DNA from: Candidatus Latescibacterota bacterium
Lineage (GTDB): Bacteria; Latescibacterota; UBA2968
Direction: 5' to 3'
DNA: 64,000 nt
Assembly: GCA_965204745.1 (NCBI GenBank)
Contig: OZ242010.1
Coordinates: 1,824,001 to 1,888,000, forward strand
The notes beneath the pieces are model-generated. The model had not been told where the DNA came from and did not search any database. It worked only from the letters and a program-made list of their open reading frames with translations. The stretch's first letter is position 1. Each line of letters opens with the position of its first letter. Shown one piece after another: positions 27,901 through 36,781 of the stretch. The position numbers were made by a program, and so were the translations under genes.

Positions 27901-28174
27901 GCCCGATGATTTGGGCATCCGCCAACGCCTGACCGGCATCCGCGAGGACTTGGCGGGCATTGGCCGGGATTATCACCGCGATGGGGTGTTGCCGCAATAC
28001 GATCTGATTTTTGACCGCGCGATCAAACCCCTGACCCTGTCAGTCGAGGAATTGTCCGATCTGATCCGAGCGCGCAAAGCCGATTTCGCCGCGGGCAAGA
28101 CGGACGAGATTCCCGAACAATACCGCGCTCGGGTCGCCGAGTACTTCAAGGCGTTGACGGAAGGGAAGAGGTAA
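24968..28174 (+). CDS. Large membrane-anchored Ig-like/coiled-coil protein (DUF4175-like)
   Basis: N-terminal TMs, beta-rich region with YP.Y, long Q/E/R/A coiled coil, C-terminal IPEQYR..V.EYF.AL. Confidence 0.75.
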   Translation: MTPFLPLKLEHAIRDVAGQFARRQRLRGRLIFGVVFLGALIGACAAVVFVERVPAIVPVLAFLISVTGAAYRWLFIRREVDREQIALFLDAHHPELEDLIVSSVSLHQTVPASEWMTEQVFEQVRALSAIDAPPVIDGRVLKRARYAVVGVWGLGAIAVIASVWLADVGDIARRLFSVPAVPLPYAVEPGNARVQRGTHQMVWVQTELTSASKAIQWRAIGGDWQTAPLLPGETGDVFAHQLRDLFADTEYQVQVGDYRSDVYRLSVWTRPEVVSISLLYRYPDYLQMADREVLFGGDIAAAEGSEVVVSATVNKALEAAALILSDGEEIALRAAGDAVWEGTLSITKSDAYEVALRDAEGEQNERGRAYKISAKADQAPRIRVRFPKGDDEATPIEEVAFGFSVKDDYGIADYGLQYEVAGRAPVRVSLKKEAARVESAEGEHPIALEDLGLAAGDFVMWLVWAEDGKPGRAAVETTGDSYFLEIRPFERRYRQAISNEGEQRAQGQQRGGASDQKQVIIAIYNLRKRASGMDEAEFDDQKQAIGEAQQTVRRATRNATEALTAEFVGVLTALADAAFADPDAALARALGHAQRAYRHILQTRPNEAEIVQRQGRQRGAGRDAQQRALDGLELARRRDFREEASTLQQQLAETAEAKNKIEELTRRQAAINEDVAQLISEMENLERESREEAQRRLEQLRESQRQTMDALDAVAGEIASGDLDAQQARRAREQLEGARRQMGRSAQNLAREQLQRARAAGNRALDALRDVREQLGNLSRSAVAERVKMLQRAMDSLRAEQRGLIDRAQRAQREMRSLADSEREMNEMIADKQEVAEQFREMMTDASALAEKSAASQGLMAQKLNDWLRETSRAGIFEEMQAGERLVWLGAWGASADHERAVADRLDRAAEALDEVAQFSVRDDLEALERAKERLEAAMPPSGERFGWGPRTPEDRRRFAEGGFRDWMDRVREAEALLPDDLGIRQRLTGIREDLAGIGRDYHRDGVLPQYDLIFDRAIKPLTLSVEELSDLIRARKADFAAGKTDEIPEQYRARVAEYFKALTEGKR

Positions 28175-28276
28175 GTAAGGTGAGAGGTGAGAGGCAAGAG
28201 GTGAGAGGCAAGAGGTGAGAGGCAAGAGGTGAGAGGCAAGAGGTGAGAGGCAAGAGGTGAGAGGCAAGAGGTGAGA
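28166..28276. repeat. Alternating heptamer microsatellite (GAGGTGA-GAGGCAA)n
   Basis: 14-bp higher-order repeat, about 6 copies plus partial units. Confidence 0.92.
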
Positions 28277-28288
28277 CGGAAGTTTAGC

Positions 28289-28365
28289 CACGAGCGGGGT
28301 ACAACTGGCGATAGCCAGTTCAAAGGTGAGCGATATGTGTAGGGGCGATGCCCCCGTGCGTGCCA
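28289..28365 (+). repeat. 38-bp hairpin unit + GTAG-REP-like hairpin; left arm of an inverted pair with 29733-29784
   Basis: CACGAGCGGGGTACAACTGGCGATAGCCAGTTCAAAGG..TGTAGGGGCGATGCCCCCGTGC. Confidence 0.8.
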
Positions 28366-28374
28366 AAAATGCGG

Positions 28375-29154
28375 TCACTCCGGTTCGAGGACGCCGCGAT
28401 CCATTTCGTACCAGAACACGTCGCCGGATTCAATGCTGTCCTGAACCCGGTTGTCTCGATGCACCCCGGATACCGCGGCATAGGCGCGTTTGTCCGTGAA
28501 CCGCGTCAAGAACTCGGCGTTGCGAATGGCCCTGGTCGTATCCCTTCCGTTGACTGTGAATGAAATTTCCACGGCGATGTAGCAGGTTTCGCCCGCTTGG
28601 TCTGTGGCCTCCATAACTAGGTCGGCCCTTCGGAAACTTCTCAGTTCGTTTGTGGGAATGCCAGAGGTATCAGCGGAATCGATCAGATCCCAGAGGTCTT
28701 CACGCAAGAGGGTTTTCGTCCGCCGCATGCCCATCTCTCGGGCGATGAGCGTCGCATCTTCAATAGCGGCATTGCTGGCGAGAATGCCTTTGACCTCTCC
28801 CAGACTGGCCTCGATTCTGTTGAACCGCTTGTCCGTGGCTTCAACATGGTGGTCGAATCGCTGCTCGAGATGGTCAAATCGTTGCTCGAGTTTGTCGAAC
28901 CGCTGCTCAAGATGGTCAAATCGTTGCTCGAGTTTGTCGAACCGCTGCTCGAGATGATCAAATCGCTTATTGGTGGCTTCGACAAATTTGTTCATCTCCG
29001 CGACGAATTTGTTCATCTCGGTGGCGAACTGCGTAAATTTTTCGGGCAATTCGATCAATTCGCTGGACAGTAGCCGAACGCGCAAGGCTTCGGCCCACTC
29101 GGGTTTTTCGTCCAACAACTGTATCAAATCCTCGATGGTGTCAATGGTGTGCAT
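28375..29154 (-). CDS. Coiled-coil repeat protein with C-terminal PD-(D/E)XK-like domain
   Basis: 21-bp repeats encoding RFDHLEQ/RFDKLEQ; ADLVMEA...YIAVEIS...D..RA; GGAGG RBS. Confidence 0.8.
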   Translation of the reverse strand: MHTIDTIEDLIQLLDEKPEWAEALRVRLLSSELIELPEKFTQFATEMNKFVAEMNKFVEATNKRFDHLEQRFDKLEQRFDHLEQRFDKLEQRFDHLEQRFDHHVEATDKRFNRIEASLGEVKGILASNAAIEDATLIAREMGMRRTKTLLREDLWDLIDSADTSGIPTNELRSFRRADLVMEATDQAGETCYIAVEISFTVNGRDTTRAIRNAEFLTRFTDKRAYAAVSGVHRDNRVQDSIESGDVFWYEMDRGVLEPE

Positions 29155-29230
29155 ACCCCCTCCTCGGTTGGCGTGTCATCAATTTCCGTAAAAGTATCCA
29201 ACTCTGCTTCTAAAGTCAACCGCTCCTTCA

Positions 29231-29688
29231 AATCGTAACATCTTGTAACATCTTGTCACAAATCGCACAATTTGAATAGACGCTTCATCGGGTCAGCGTC
29301 CAAGCACATACAACCTCTTGTCCGTCTTACAACACCTCCACATCCGTTTTTTACTTGCTCGGTCAAGCTAGCCGCGCAAGTGATAGTTGGTTGTTACCAT
29401 CATTCCTTTGGATTTTACACTGGCAGGAGATTTTAGGTCTGTCGCTTGGTTATCGCTGTCACAGACGTGCCTTTGCCAGCAACCACATATCCCGCTTCAC
29501 TTGTCAAAGAACAAGAACAACAAAAAATCCGCCGATGGTTGATTCCAAAGCAAGGCTTTGCCACCGGCGGAATGAGACAGATACAAAAATGGCCTTGCTT
29601 TTGGAATCACACCTTAGATGACCGCAAACCGCAAAGGGTTTCACCTTTTTGTGCGATTTGTGATGATTTGTTGCGATTTGTTGCGATT
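29231..29688. other. Non-coding element bounded by inverted 4 x 10 bp arms with interleaved internal stems
   Basis: AATCGYAACA-type units at 29231-29270, inverted at 29649-29688. Confidence 0.6.
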
Positions 29689-29732
29689 TTCGCACACTGT
29701 TAAAAACCCCTTTGCTTCAATTAGTAGCTAGT

Positions 29733-29784
29733 GCCCATACATCTCGCCTTTGAACGGGCTGTCGCCAGTTGTACCTCGCTCGTG
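29733..29784 (-). repeat. 38-bp hairpin unit, right arm of the inverted pair
   Basis: Near reverse complement of 28289-28345. Confidence 0.8.
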
Positions 29785-29861
29785 TTTTTTGAGGCTCATT
29801 CGCTTTTTGTATTTCTTTCGACAGGCACAGGGGCCTAGCCCTACGGTTGATGGAAGCAGGG

Positions 29862-29891
29862 TGGCCTTCTCCCTCCTTGTATCTTGGCAGT
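29862..29891 (+). mobile_element. IS110 left-end scar
   Basis: TGGCCTTCTCCCTC-CT-TGTATCTTGGCAGT versus intact junction TGGCCTTCTCCCCT-CT-TGTATCTTGGAAGT. Confidence 0.65.
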
Positions 29892-29926
29892 CAGCACATA
29901 CATTGCCTTGGGGTGGAAGGGTGGGG

Positions 29927-29965
29927 GCTGACCACTGACCACTGACTACTGACCACTGACCACTG
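29927..29965. repeat. Heptamer microsatellite (CTGACCA)n
   Basis: About 5 units preceded by GGGGGCTGAC. Confidence 0.85.
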
Positions 29966-30007
29966 TCTCTTCCCTCTCCCTTCTTACGTCTTGCTTCCCG
30001 CTTCTCC

Positions 30008-32359
30008 ATGACCGACTGGATATTACAACTCTTGACCGGTGAACGCGCTGCCGAGTACCGAGATGCGTGGTTTGTGTTGGACATTGCATGGCCCGTGGCA
30101 GGGGTGCTGCTCGGCGTTGCGTTTTGCGCGAGTGCGTGGTTTTGGCACAGGCGGTTGCCCGCGTTCCCAAAGGCGTTGATCGGGGTGCGCGTGTTGGCAT
30201 TGGTGCTGGTGCTGTTTTTGGCGATGGGGCCCACGCTCGTGGCGCGGCGGTTGGAGCCGGGGACGCATTTCGTGCCGGTGCTGTTCGACGATTCCCGCAG
30301 CATGAGCGTGTCCGAATACGGCGATCAGACGCGCGCAGAGCGATTCGTGCAGGCGTACCGCGCATCCGGATTTGAGGACGCCTTGGCGCGGACGCATCGG
30401 GTCGTGCGGTTTCGGTTTGGCGAGAACACCGCGCGAGTCAATGGTGTTGCGGACCTCGGCTTTGATCAGGCGCAGTCGGATATCGCGGGCGCAGTGCGTG
30501 CGGTGATCGGACAAATGGCCGGCGCGGAACTGTCGGCGGTGGTGGTGTTCAGCGATGGGGTGCAGCAAAGCGATGCGCCCGTGCAACTGAAGGAGTTGCC
30601 CGGTGACGTGCCCGTGTTTGCCGTGGGAACGGGGCGCGACGACCGTTGGCGCGACTTGGCATTGGTCGATGTGGCTACCGCCCGGGTGCGCGACGACGAA
30701 GTGGCGGTGACAGCGCGGGTGGTCGCCGAGGGCATGACCGGGGAAAATGTGCGCGTTGAAACCCGGGCCGGCGGGCGCGTCGTGGCGTCGGCCTCACTTG
30801 CGATTTCAGGGGAGAAGGAAGAACACTACGTCCGCCTGAAATTTCAGCCGAGGGCCGAGGGCTGGCGGGTCTATCGCGTGCAGACGCGCCTGGCAGATAC
30901 CACGAGCGCGAAAGACCGCATCGCCGCGAATAATGCGCGGGATATTTTGGTGGATCAGCGCGCGCGGGTGTTTCGCATTTTGTACTTTAGCGGGCGGCCA
31001 AATTGGGAGGGCAAGTTTTTGCGCCGCGCATTGGATGGGGATCGGCAGTTGGCCTTGTCGAGCCTGCTCCGCATTTCCGGGCCCGAGCGCAAGTTCGTGT
31101 TTCAGGGGCGCGATGCGACGATGGCGAATCCCCTGTTTGAGGGCTTTGACGATCAGGCGTTGAACGCGCCGCGCTACGACGAGGCCGTGTTCATCCGCAT
31201 CGGCGTGTCCAAATCCGCGTTGGCGAGTGGGTATCCGTCTGATGCCGCCGAGCTTTTTCGCTACGATCTGGTGATTTGGGGGGACATCGAGCGCGATTTC
31301 TTTTCCCTTGCCCAACTCAATTTGACGCGGGAATTTGTGTCCAAACGCGGGGGGAGCTTCTTGATGCTGGGCGGGCCGCGCGCGTACTCTGAAGGCGGGT
31401 GGGCGCGGTCGAGCATCGAGCCGTTGTTGCCTATCGCGCTGGGGCCTGCGGGCGATTACGACGACATCGCCTTTCGCGCAAAGCCGACCATTGACGGCCT
31501 CTTGTCCGGGGTGTGGTCATTGGGCGAAAATGCCGCAGTCAATGCGGAGCGATGGGCGAATTTGGCGTCGCTTTACGGGGTCAATGCGTTTGCGTCTGTG
31601 CGGGCGGGCGCGACTGTGATGGCGACTGTGGAATCCGAATCCGACGGTGTTCATGGGCAACCCCTGTTCGCGTGGCAGCGGTACGGCGAGGGCTTGAGCG
31701 CGGCCTTGGGCACGGGCGAGACGTGGCAATGGCAGATGATGCAAGACGATGAGGACGCGGCACACGAACGCTTTTGGCGGCAACTGGCGCGGCTACTGGT
31801 CATGCGCGTGCCCGAGCCCGTGGCGATGATCCACAGCGGCGAGGATGCGCTGGTGGGCGAGATGCAGGCGTTGAAATTTGCGGTGCGCGATTCCCTGTTT
31901 GAACCCCGCGAGGGCCTGTCTGTGACCGTGCAGGTCGAGGCGGAAAATGGCGGTGTCGTCACCTTGCCGGTTTCCGAGTCTCTCGCCGAGGTGGGGGCTT
32001 ATACCGCTGATTTTGAGCCGGTAGAACCGGGGTTGCACCGCATCACCCTGACCGCACGCGACGCCCAGGGCGAGGATGTGGCGCGGTTGCACGCGGCTGT
32101 GCTGGCACGGGTCGATCAGCGCGAGTTTTTGGATGCGCGTTACAAGCCGGCGTTTTTGCAACGGTTGGCCGCACACACGGGCGGCGAATTTTTCGCGTTG
32201 GATGACCTTGACCAGTTGCCCGAGCAAATTCCGTGGACCGATAACGCGCAGGCGCGGCTGGATCGTTTTCCATTGTGGCACCGCCCGCCATTTTATATCC
32301 TACTCGCGGCATTGCTGTGCGCGGAGTGGTATTTGAGACGAAAGCGGGGCGAACCGTGA
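30008..32359 (+). CDS. vWA + class I glutamine amidotransferase-like membrane protein
   Basis: LFDDSRSM, VFSDG, RPNWEGKFLRR, FV..RGG.FLMLGG, EWYLRRK.G C-terminus. Confidence 0.8.
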   Translation: MTDWILQLLTGERAAEYRDAWFVLDIAWPVAGVLLGVAFCASAWFWHRRLPAFPKALIGVRVLALVLVLFLAMGPTLVARRLEPGTHFVPVLFDDSRSMSVSEYGDQTRAERFVQAYRASGFEDALARTHRVVRFRFGENTARVNGVADLGFDQAQSDIAGAVRAVIGQMAGAELSAVVVFSDGVQQSDAPVQLKELPGDVPVFAVGTGRDDRWRDLALVDVATARVRDDEVAVTARVVAEGMTGENVRVETRAGGRVVASASLAISGEKEEHYVRLKFQPRAEGWRVYRVQTRLADTTSAKDRIAANNARDILVDQRARVFRILYFSGRPNWEGKFLRRALDGDRQLALSSLLRISGPERKFVFQGRDATMANPLFEGFDDQALNAPRYDEAVFIRIGVSKSALASGYPSDAAELFRYDLVIWGDIERDFFSLAQLNLTREFVSKRGGSFLMLGGPRAYSEGGWARSSIEPLLPIALGPAGDYDDIAFRAKPTIDGLLSGVWSLGENAAVNAERWANLASLYGVNAFASVRAGATVMATVESESDGVHGQPLFAWQRYGEGLSAALGTGETWQWQMMQDDEDAAHERFWRQLARLLVMRVPEPVAMIHSGEDALVGEMQALKFAVRDSLFEPREGLSVTVQVEAENGGVVTLPVSESLAEVGAYTADFEPVEPGLHRITLTARDAQGEDVARLHAAVLARVDQREFLDARYKPAFLQRLAAHTGGEFFALDDLDQLPEQIPWTDNAQARLDRFPLWHRPPFYILLAALLCAEWYLRRKRGEP

Positions 32360-33312
32360 AGGCGATGGTATTTATTGCGATTGGCCTGAGTTGCGTCGGA
32401 CAGGCGCGGGCCGCGGCTTTTGACGTGATCATCAGCGGCATCGGTGGCGAAGCGATATACGCAGAGCGGTTCGGCACTTGGGCACAGCGGTTGCGGCAGG
32501 CACTCATCGACCGATGCGACCATCCCAAAGACCATGTGCGATTGCTCAATGAGACGGGCGAGAACGCCGATGGCGTCGCGTCCAAACAGGGCATTGGCAA
32601 GGCCCTGCGCGAGTTGTCCGAGCGCGTCACCCCAAGCGACGACGCATTCGTTTTTCTCATCGGGCACGGCACGTATCGGCGGCGGGTTGCCAAGTTGAAT
32701 CTCCCCGGCCCGGATTTGACCGCCGCAGAACTCGACGGCCTGTTGAAGCTCCTGCCCGCACGGCGCGTCGTCATTGTCAACAGCGCGTCTATGAGCGCGC
32801 CCTTTGTCAACGCGCTCAGCCGCGCCGGGCGGATTGTGTGCGCGAGTACGCGCAGCGCGAATCAGCGCGACGCCACGCGCTTCATGGGCTTTTTCGTGCA
32901 GGCATTGGAAGATGGCAACGCGGATCAAAACCGCGATGACCGCATTTCCATTTTGGAAATTTGCGCCCAAGCCGCGTCCCTGACCGATGCGTGGTTTTTG
33001 GGCGAGGGCCTGATCCCCACCGAGAACGCGATTTTGGACGACAATGGCGATGGCTTGGGCACGCGGCTGTCAGACCTGCGAGTTGACGCGGGCGACGGGG
33101 CCGTGGCTACCCGTTGTTTCCTCCGCGATTTCCGCGTTCCCAAAGGCGCGTCGCCCGAACTCGTCCGAGCTTATGGCGAGGCCATTGACGCGGTGCAAGC
33201 ACTGGTCGCCCAAAAAGCGATGATGGACTCGGTGGCCTATTACCACTTGTTGGAACGCGAGTTGGTGAAGGCGGCGCGGTTGAATCGGGCGATCAAGAGC
33301 AACCACAGATGA
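32356..33312 (+). CDS. Secreted caspase/peptidase C13-fold protein
   Basis: GTG start overlapping the previous stop; signal peptide; FVFLIGHG; VIVNSASMSAPF; ADQNRDDRIS and DDNGDG loops. Confidence 0.65.
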   Translation: MKAMVFIAIGLSCVGQARAAAFDVIISGIGGEAIYAERFGTWAQRLRQALIDRCDHPKDHVRLLNETGENADGVASKQGIGKALRELSERVTPSDDAFVFLIGHGTYRRRVAKLNLPGPDLTAAELDGLLKLLPARRVVIVNSASMSAPFVNALSRAGRIVCASTRSANQRDATRFMGFFVQALEDGNADQNRDDRISILEICAQAASLTDAWFLGEGLIPTENAILDDNGDGLGTRLSDLRVDAGDGAVATRCFLRDFRVPKGASPELVRAYGEAIDAVQALVAQKAMMDSVAYYHLLERELVKAARLNRAIKSNHR

Positions 33313-33398
33313 ACGCGGGCGGTGTACAACTGCGATAGGAGTTCACGAGCGCGCAGAGCGGATTGGGATCGCAGGTAGGGCGCAGTGAGGGGGTGGGG

Positions 33399-33445
33399 TT
33401 AATCCGCGTAATCCCTGAATCCGCGACAATCCGCGATTCAGACAA
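33399..33445. repeat. Short degenerate 9-10 bp repeat run (AATCCGCG-based)
   Basis: TAATCCGCGTAATCCCTGAATCCGCGACAATCCGCGATTC. Confidence 0.6.
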
Positions 33446-33460
33446 ATGGAGGAGGGTGTG

Positions 33461-34198
33461 ATGTTGACGGACGAACAGAGGCATCGGTTTCGCAATGAGG
33501 GGTACCTAATTTTTGAGGGCCTCATTCGCGGAGCGCGGTTGGCGTATTACAAAGGGGTGTTTGACGAATTGGTCGCCCAAGGCCGCGGGCTGACCGAGCA
33601 GATTCCGCATTGGACGCTCGAGTTGGACGAGCGCGGCGTGCCTCGCCCCGGGTTGTTGCACAAAGTTCAGGGCGTTTGCATGGTCGATCCCCGGGTGCTG
33701 GAACTGGCGCGTGAACCTGCGATTTTGGACCGCGTGGAAGCCCTGATCGGCGAGAATATCGACGTGTTTGGCACCAAGTTTTTTCCCAAATTGCCCAATG
33801 GCGGCACATCGACGCACTGGCATCAGGACAATTTCTATTTTGGCACCGAGACCGAGCGCATCATCAGTTGCGGCGTTTATCTGGAAGATTCGGATGTGGA
33901 GAACGGCTGTTTGCGCGTCGTGCCCGGTAGCCATCGCCTGGGCAAAATCGTCGAACACCGCAAGAACCCGGCCCTGCACGGCATGTGGACGGACGTCGAT
34001 GAGTCGCGGGCCGTGGATCTGGTCATTCCGGCCGGGACTGTGGTGCTGTTTTCCGCCAACATCCTCCACGGCGCATACGACAACCACAGCACCCGCACGC
34101 GCTACAGCACGGCTTGGCACTACTTGCCCGAGACGCTCAATCCGAAAAAATTCATAAAGGGCAAATACGAGGACCGACATGTGGCACGCAAACATTGA
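33461..34198 (+). CDS. Phytanoyl-CoA dioxygenase (PhyH) family protein
   Basis: F.NEGY, WHQD, ENGCLRVVPGSH, ILHG..N...R. Confidence 0.92.
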   Translation: MLTDEQRHRFRNEGYLIFEGLIRGARLAYYKGVFDELVAQGRGLTEQIPHWTLELDERGVPRPGLLHKVQGVCMVDPRVLELAREPAILDRVEALIGENIDVFGTKFFPKLPNGGTSTHWHQDNFYFGTETERIISCGVYLEDSDVENGCLRVVPGSHRLGKIVEHRKNPALHGMWTDVDESRAVDLVIPAGTVVLFSANILHGAYDNHSTRTRYSTAWHYLPETLNPKKFIKGKYEDRHVARKH

Positions 34199-34247
34199 CC
34201 CCTCCCCGAGGCGGGGCGGACCGACTACTGACCACTGACCACTGACA

Positions 34248-34518
34248 ATGCGAATTAAGAGTAGAAAGCGAGTAAGAAGCAAGCCGCGGTCAATCGCCCA
34301 AAGACATGAACGAGTAAGCCATCCTCTGATCGTACCCGAGACGCCATCGAGAGGTTTGTCTTTTGTTCAATCCAACTGAACAAGGACGCTATCGGCTGTC
34401 GCATGCTCGAAACCGCCCGAGAAAAGTCTTTTTCGGCTTCGGTCAGGCTTTCTTGCCTCTTCTTTCGCTTCACCGGCGTCTCGAAGATCAGGTTCTGCTG
34501 TTTGCTAAGCGTATCTTT
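34248..34518 (-). mobile_element. IS982-family remnant (3' end with TIR)
   Basis: ATGCGAATTAAGAGT end; KDTLSKQQNL...FLLAFYS near-identical to the full copy; flank TGACA in a heptamer run. Confidence 0.9.
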
Positions 34519-34629
34519 GGTCAGTCCCCGCACCGCCCTCTTTTATTCGCGTAATCCGCGAGCTGTCTTTGAACGGGCTGTCGCCAGTTGTACCCCGCTT
34601 CATCCGCGTTTATCTGTGGTTGGTTTTTC

Positions 34630-35721
34630 ATGATCTCCTATATCATCAGACGCTTTTTGTTGTTTTTTCCCACCCTGTTCGGCGTGATGGTGGTCAATTT
34701 TTTGATCATTCAGGCCGCGCCCGGCGGGCCTGTGGAGCAGGCCATTGCGCGGATTCAAGGCCATGACGTGGATGCGACTGCGCGCGTGGGCGGGGACCGG
34801 GGAGAACTCTCTTTGGCGCAACGCGCGGCCGAGACGAGCACGTACCGGGGGGCGCAAGGGCTCGACCCCAACTTGATCGCGGAATTGGAGCGGATGTACG
34901 GCTTTGACAAACCGCCCCATGAACGCTTCTTTCAGATGGTAACGCGCTATGCGCGCTTTGATTTTGGCGAGAGTTTTTACCGCGATCAAACCGTCGTGGC
35001 TATGGTGCTGGACAAAATGCCCGTGTCGATTTCACTCGGCTTGTGGACGACCTTGCTCGTGTACCTGATTTCGATTCCCATGGGCATCCGCAAGGCCGTG
35101 CGCGATGGGTCCAAATTCGACATCTGGACCTCCGGCGTGATCGTGGTGGGCAATGCGGTGCCGGGGTTTATGTTCGCCATCTTGCTGATCGTGCTCTTTG
35201 CCGGCGGCAGTTATTTCGACTGGTTTCCCCTGCGCGGCCTCACCTCGGCCGAATGGGCGCAGTTCGGCTTGGTTCACAAGGTCGCGGATTATTTTTGGCA
35301 CCTCGCACTGCCTATCGCATCGATGGTGATCGGCGGCTTTGCCGGCCTGACCCTGTTGACGAAAAACTCCTTTTTGGACGAGATCAACAAGCAATACGTC
35401 ACGACCGCGCGGGCAAAGGGCTTGGCAGAACAGCGCGTGTTGTACGGGCACGTTTTTCGCAACGCGATGTTGATCGTCATCGCCGGGTTTCCAAGTGCGT
35501 TTGTCAACATTTTGTTCACCGGGTCCCTGCTGACCGAGATCATCTTTTCGCTGGATGGCTTGGGCCTGTTGGGCTATGAGGCCACGGTCAACCGCGATTA
35601 TCCCGTGATGTTCGCCACCCTCTACTTTTTTACCCTGCTCGGCTTGGCGATGCAACTGGTGAGCGATTTGACCTACACATTGGTAGATCCGAGGATTGAC
35701 TTTGAAAAGCGAGACGCATAG
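34630..35721 (+). CDS. yejB: Peptide ABC transporter permease
   Basis: [38 protein letters not shown]. Confidence 0.9.
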   Translation: MISYIIRRFLLFFPTLFGVMVVNFLIIQAAPGGPVEQAIARIQGHDVDATARVGGDRGELSLAQRAAETSTYRGAQGLDPNLIAELERMYGFDKPPHERFFQMVTRYARFDFGESFYRDQTVVAMVLDKMPVSISLGLWTTLLVYLISIPMGIRKAVRDGSKFDIWTSGVIVVGNAVPGFMFAILLIVLFAGGSYFDWFPLRGLTSAEWAQFGLVHKVADYFWHLALPIASMVIGGFAGLTLLTKNSFLDEINKQYVTTARAKGLAEQRVLYGHVFRNAMLIVIAGFPSAFVNILFTGSLLTEIIFSLDGLGLLGYEATVNRDYPVMFATLYFFTLLGLAMQLVSDLTYTLVDPRIDFEKRDA

Positions 35722-36781
35722 CAAAGACCGGTTTTGGGGCGTTGGGATTTCCCGCCTCACGCGCCGTCGGCTGGACAATTTTCGGGCGAATCAGCGCGGG
35801 TACTACAGCATGTGGATTTTCCTCGCCCTGTTTGGCCTGAGTTTGCCCGCGGAATTTATCGCCAATGACAAACCCCTTTTGGTTCGGCACAAAGGGGGGT
35901 TTTATTTTCCGGTCTTGCGGGCCTATCCGGAAACCGTCTTTGGCGGGGATTTTGAAACCGAAGCCGAGTACCGCGATCCGTTTGTCAAAGCCTTGATCGA
36001 AAAAAACGGGTGGATGATCTGGCCGCCCGTGCCCTTTCGATACGACACGATCAACTACGACCTCAAGCATCCGGCACCCGCGCCGCCTTCGGCCCAAAAC
36101 TGGCTGGGCACAGACGATCAGGCCCGCGACGTCGTGGCGCGGCTGATCTACGGCTTTCGCCTGTCGGTCTTGTTCGCGCTCGCGCTGACCGCATTTAGTT
36201 CGGTGGTGGGCATCGCAGCAGGCGCGGTGCAGGGGTATTTCGGCGGGTGGATCGATCTCATCTTCCAGCGGTTCATCGAAATTTGGAGCGGGTTGCCCAC
36301 CCTGTTCATAATCATTATCATCGCCAGCATGATCGCGCCGACTTTCTGGACGCTTTTGATGATTATGTCGCTGTTTTCGTGGATGCGACTCGTGGGCGTG
36401 GTGCGTGCAGAGTTTTTGCGGGCGCGCAATTTTGACTTTGTGCGCGCGGCCCGCGCCTTGGGCGTGGGCGACTTGACAATTATGTGGCGGCACGTCTTGC
36501 CCAATGCCATGGTGGCGACCCTGACCTTTTTGCCCTTTGTGCTCGTGGGGTCCGTCACCGTGCTGACCTCGCTGGACTTTTTGGGCTTTGGCCTGCCCCC
36601 GCCGTCGCCGTCGTTGGGCGAATTGCTCAATCAGGGCAAGCGCAATTTGCAGGCGCCATGGCTGGGCCTGTCCGGGTTTTTTGTGTTGGCGATCATGTTG
36701 TCGCTGCTCGTGTTCATCGGCGAGGCCGTACGCGACGCGTTCGACGTCCGCAAGACCCTGTCGCAACCGGGAGAGGCATGA
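35696..36781 (+). CDS. yejE: Peptide ABC transporter permease (start uncertain)
   Basis: [37 protein letters not shown]. Confidence 0.9.
   Translation: MTLKSETHSKDRFWGVGISRLTRRRLDNFRANQRGYYSMWIFLALFGLSLPAEFIANDKPLLVRHKGGFYFPVLRAYPETVFGGDFETEAEYRDPFVKALIEKNGWMIWPPVPFRYDTINYDLKHPAPAPPSAQNWLGTDDQARDVVARLIYGFRLSVLFALALTAFSSVVGIAAGAVQGYFGGWIDLIFQRFIEIWSGLPTLFIIIIIASMIAPTFWTLLMIMSLFSWMRLVGVVRAEFLRARNFDFVRAARALGVGDLTIMWRHVLPNAMVATLTFLPFVLVGSVTVLTSLDFLGFGLPPPSPSLGELLNQGKRNLQAPWLGLSGFFVLAIMLSLLVFIGEAVRDAFDVRKTLSQPGEA

Noticed and set aside
27973-28378. ORFs with (LSPLASHLLPLTSC)n repeats; similar ones near 18738, 21475 and 55522
   Set aside because: Products of heptamer/octamer arrays, with no RBS or domain.
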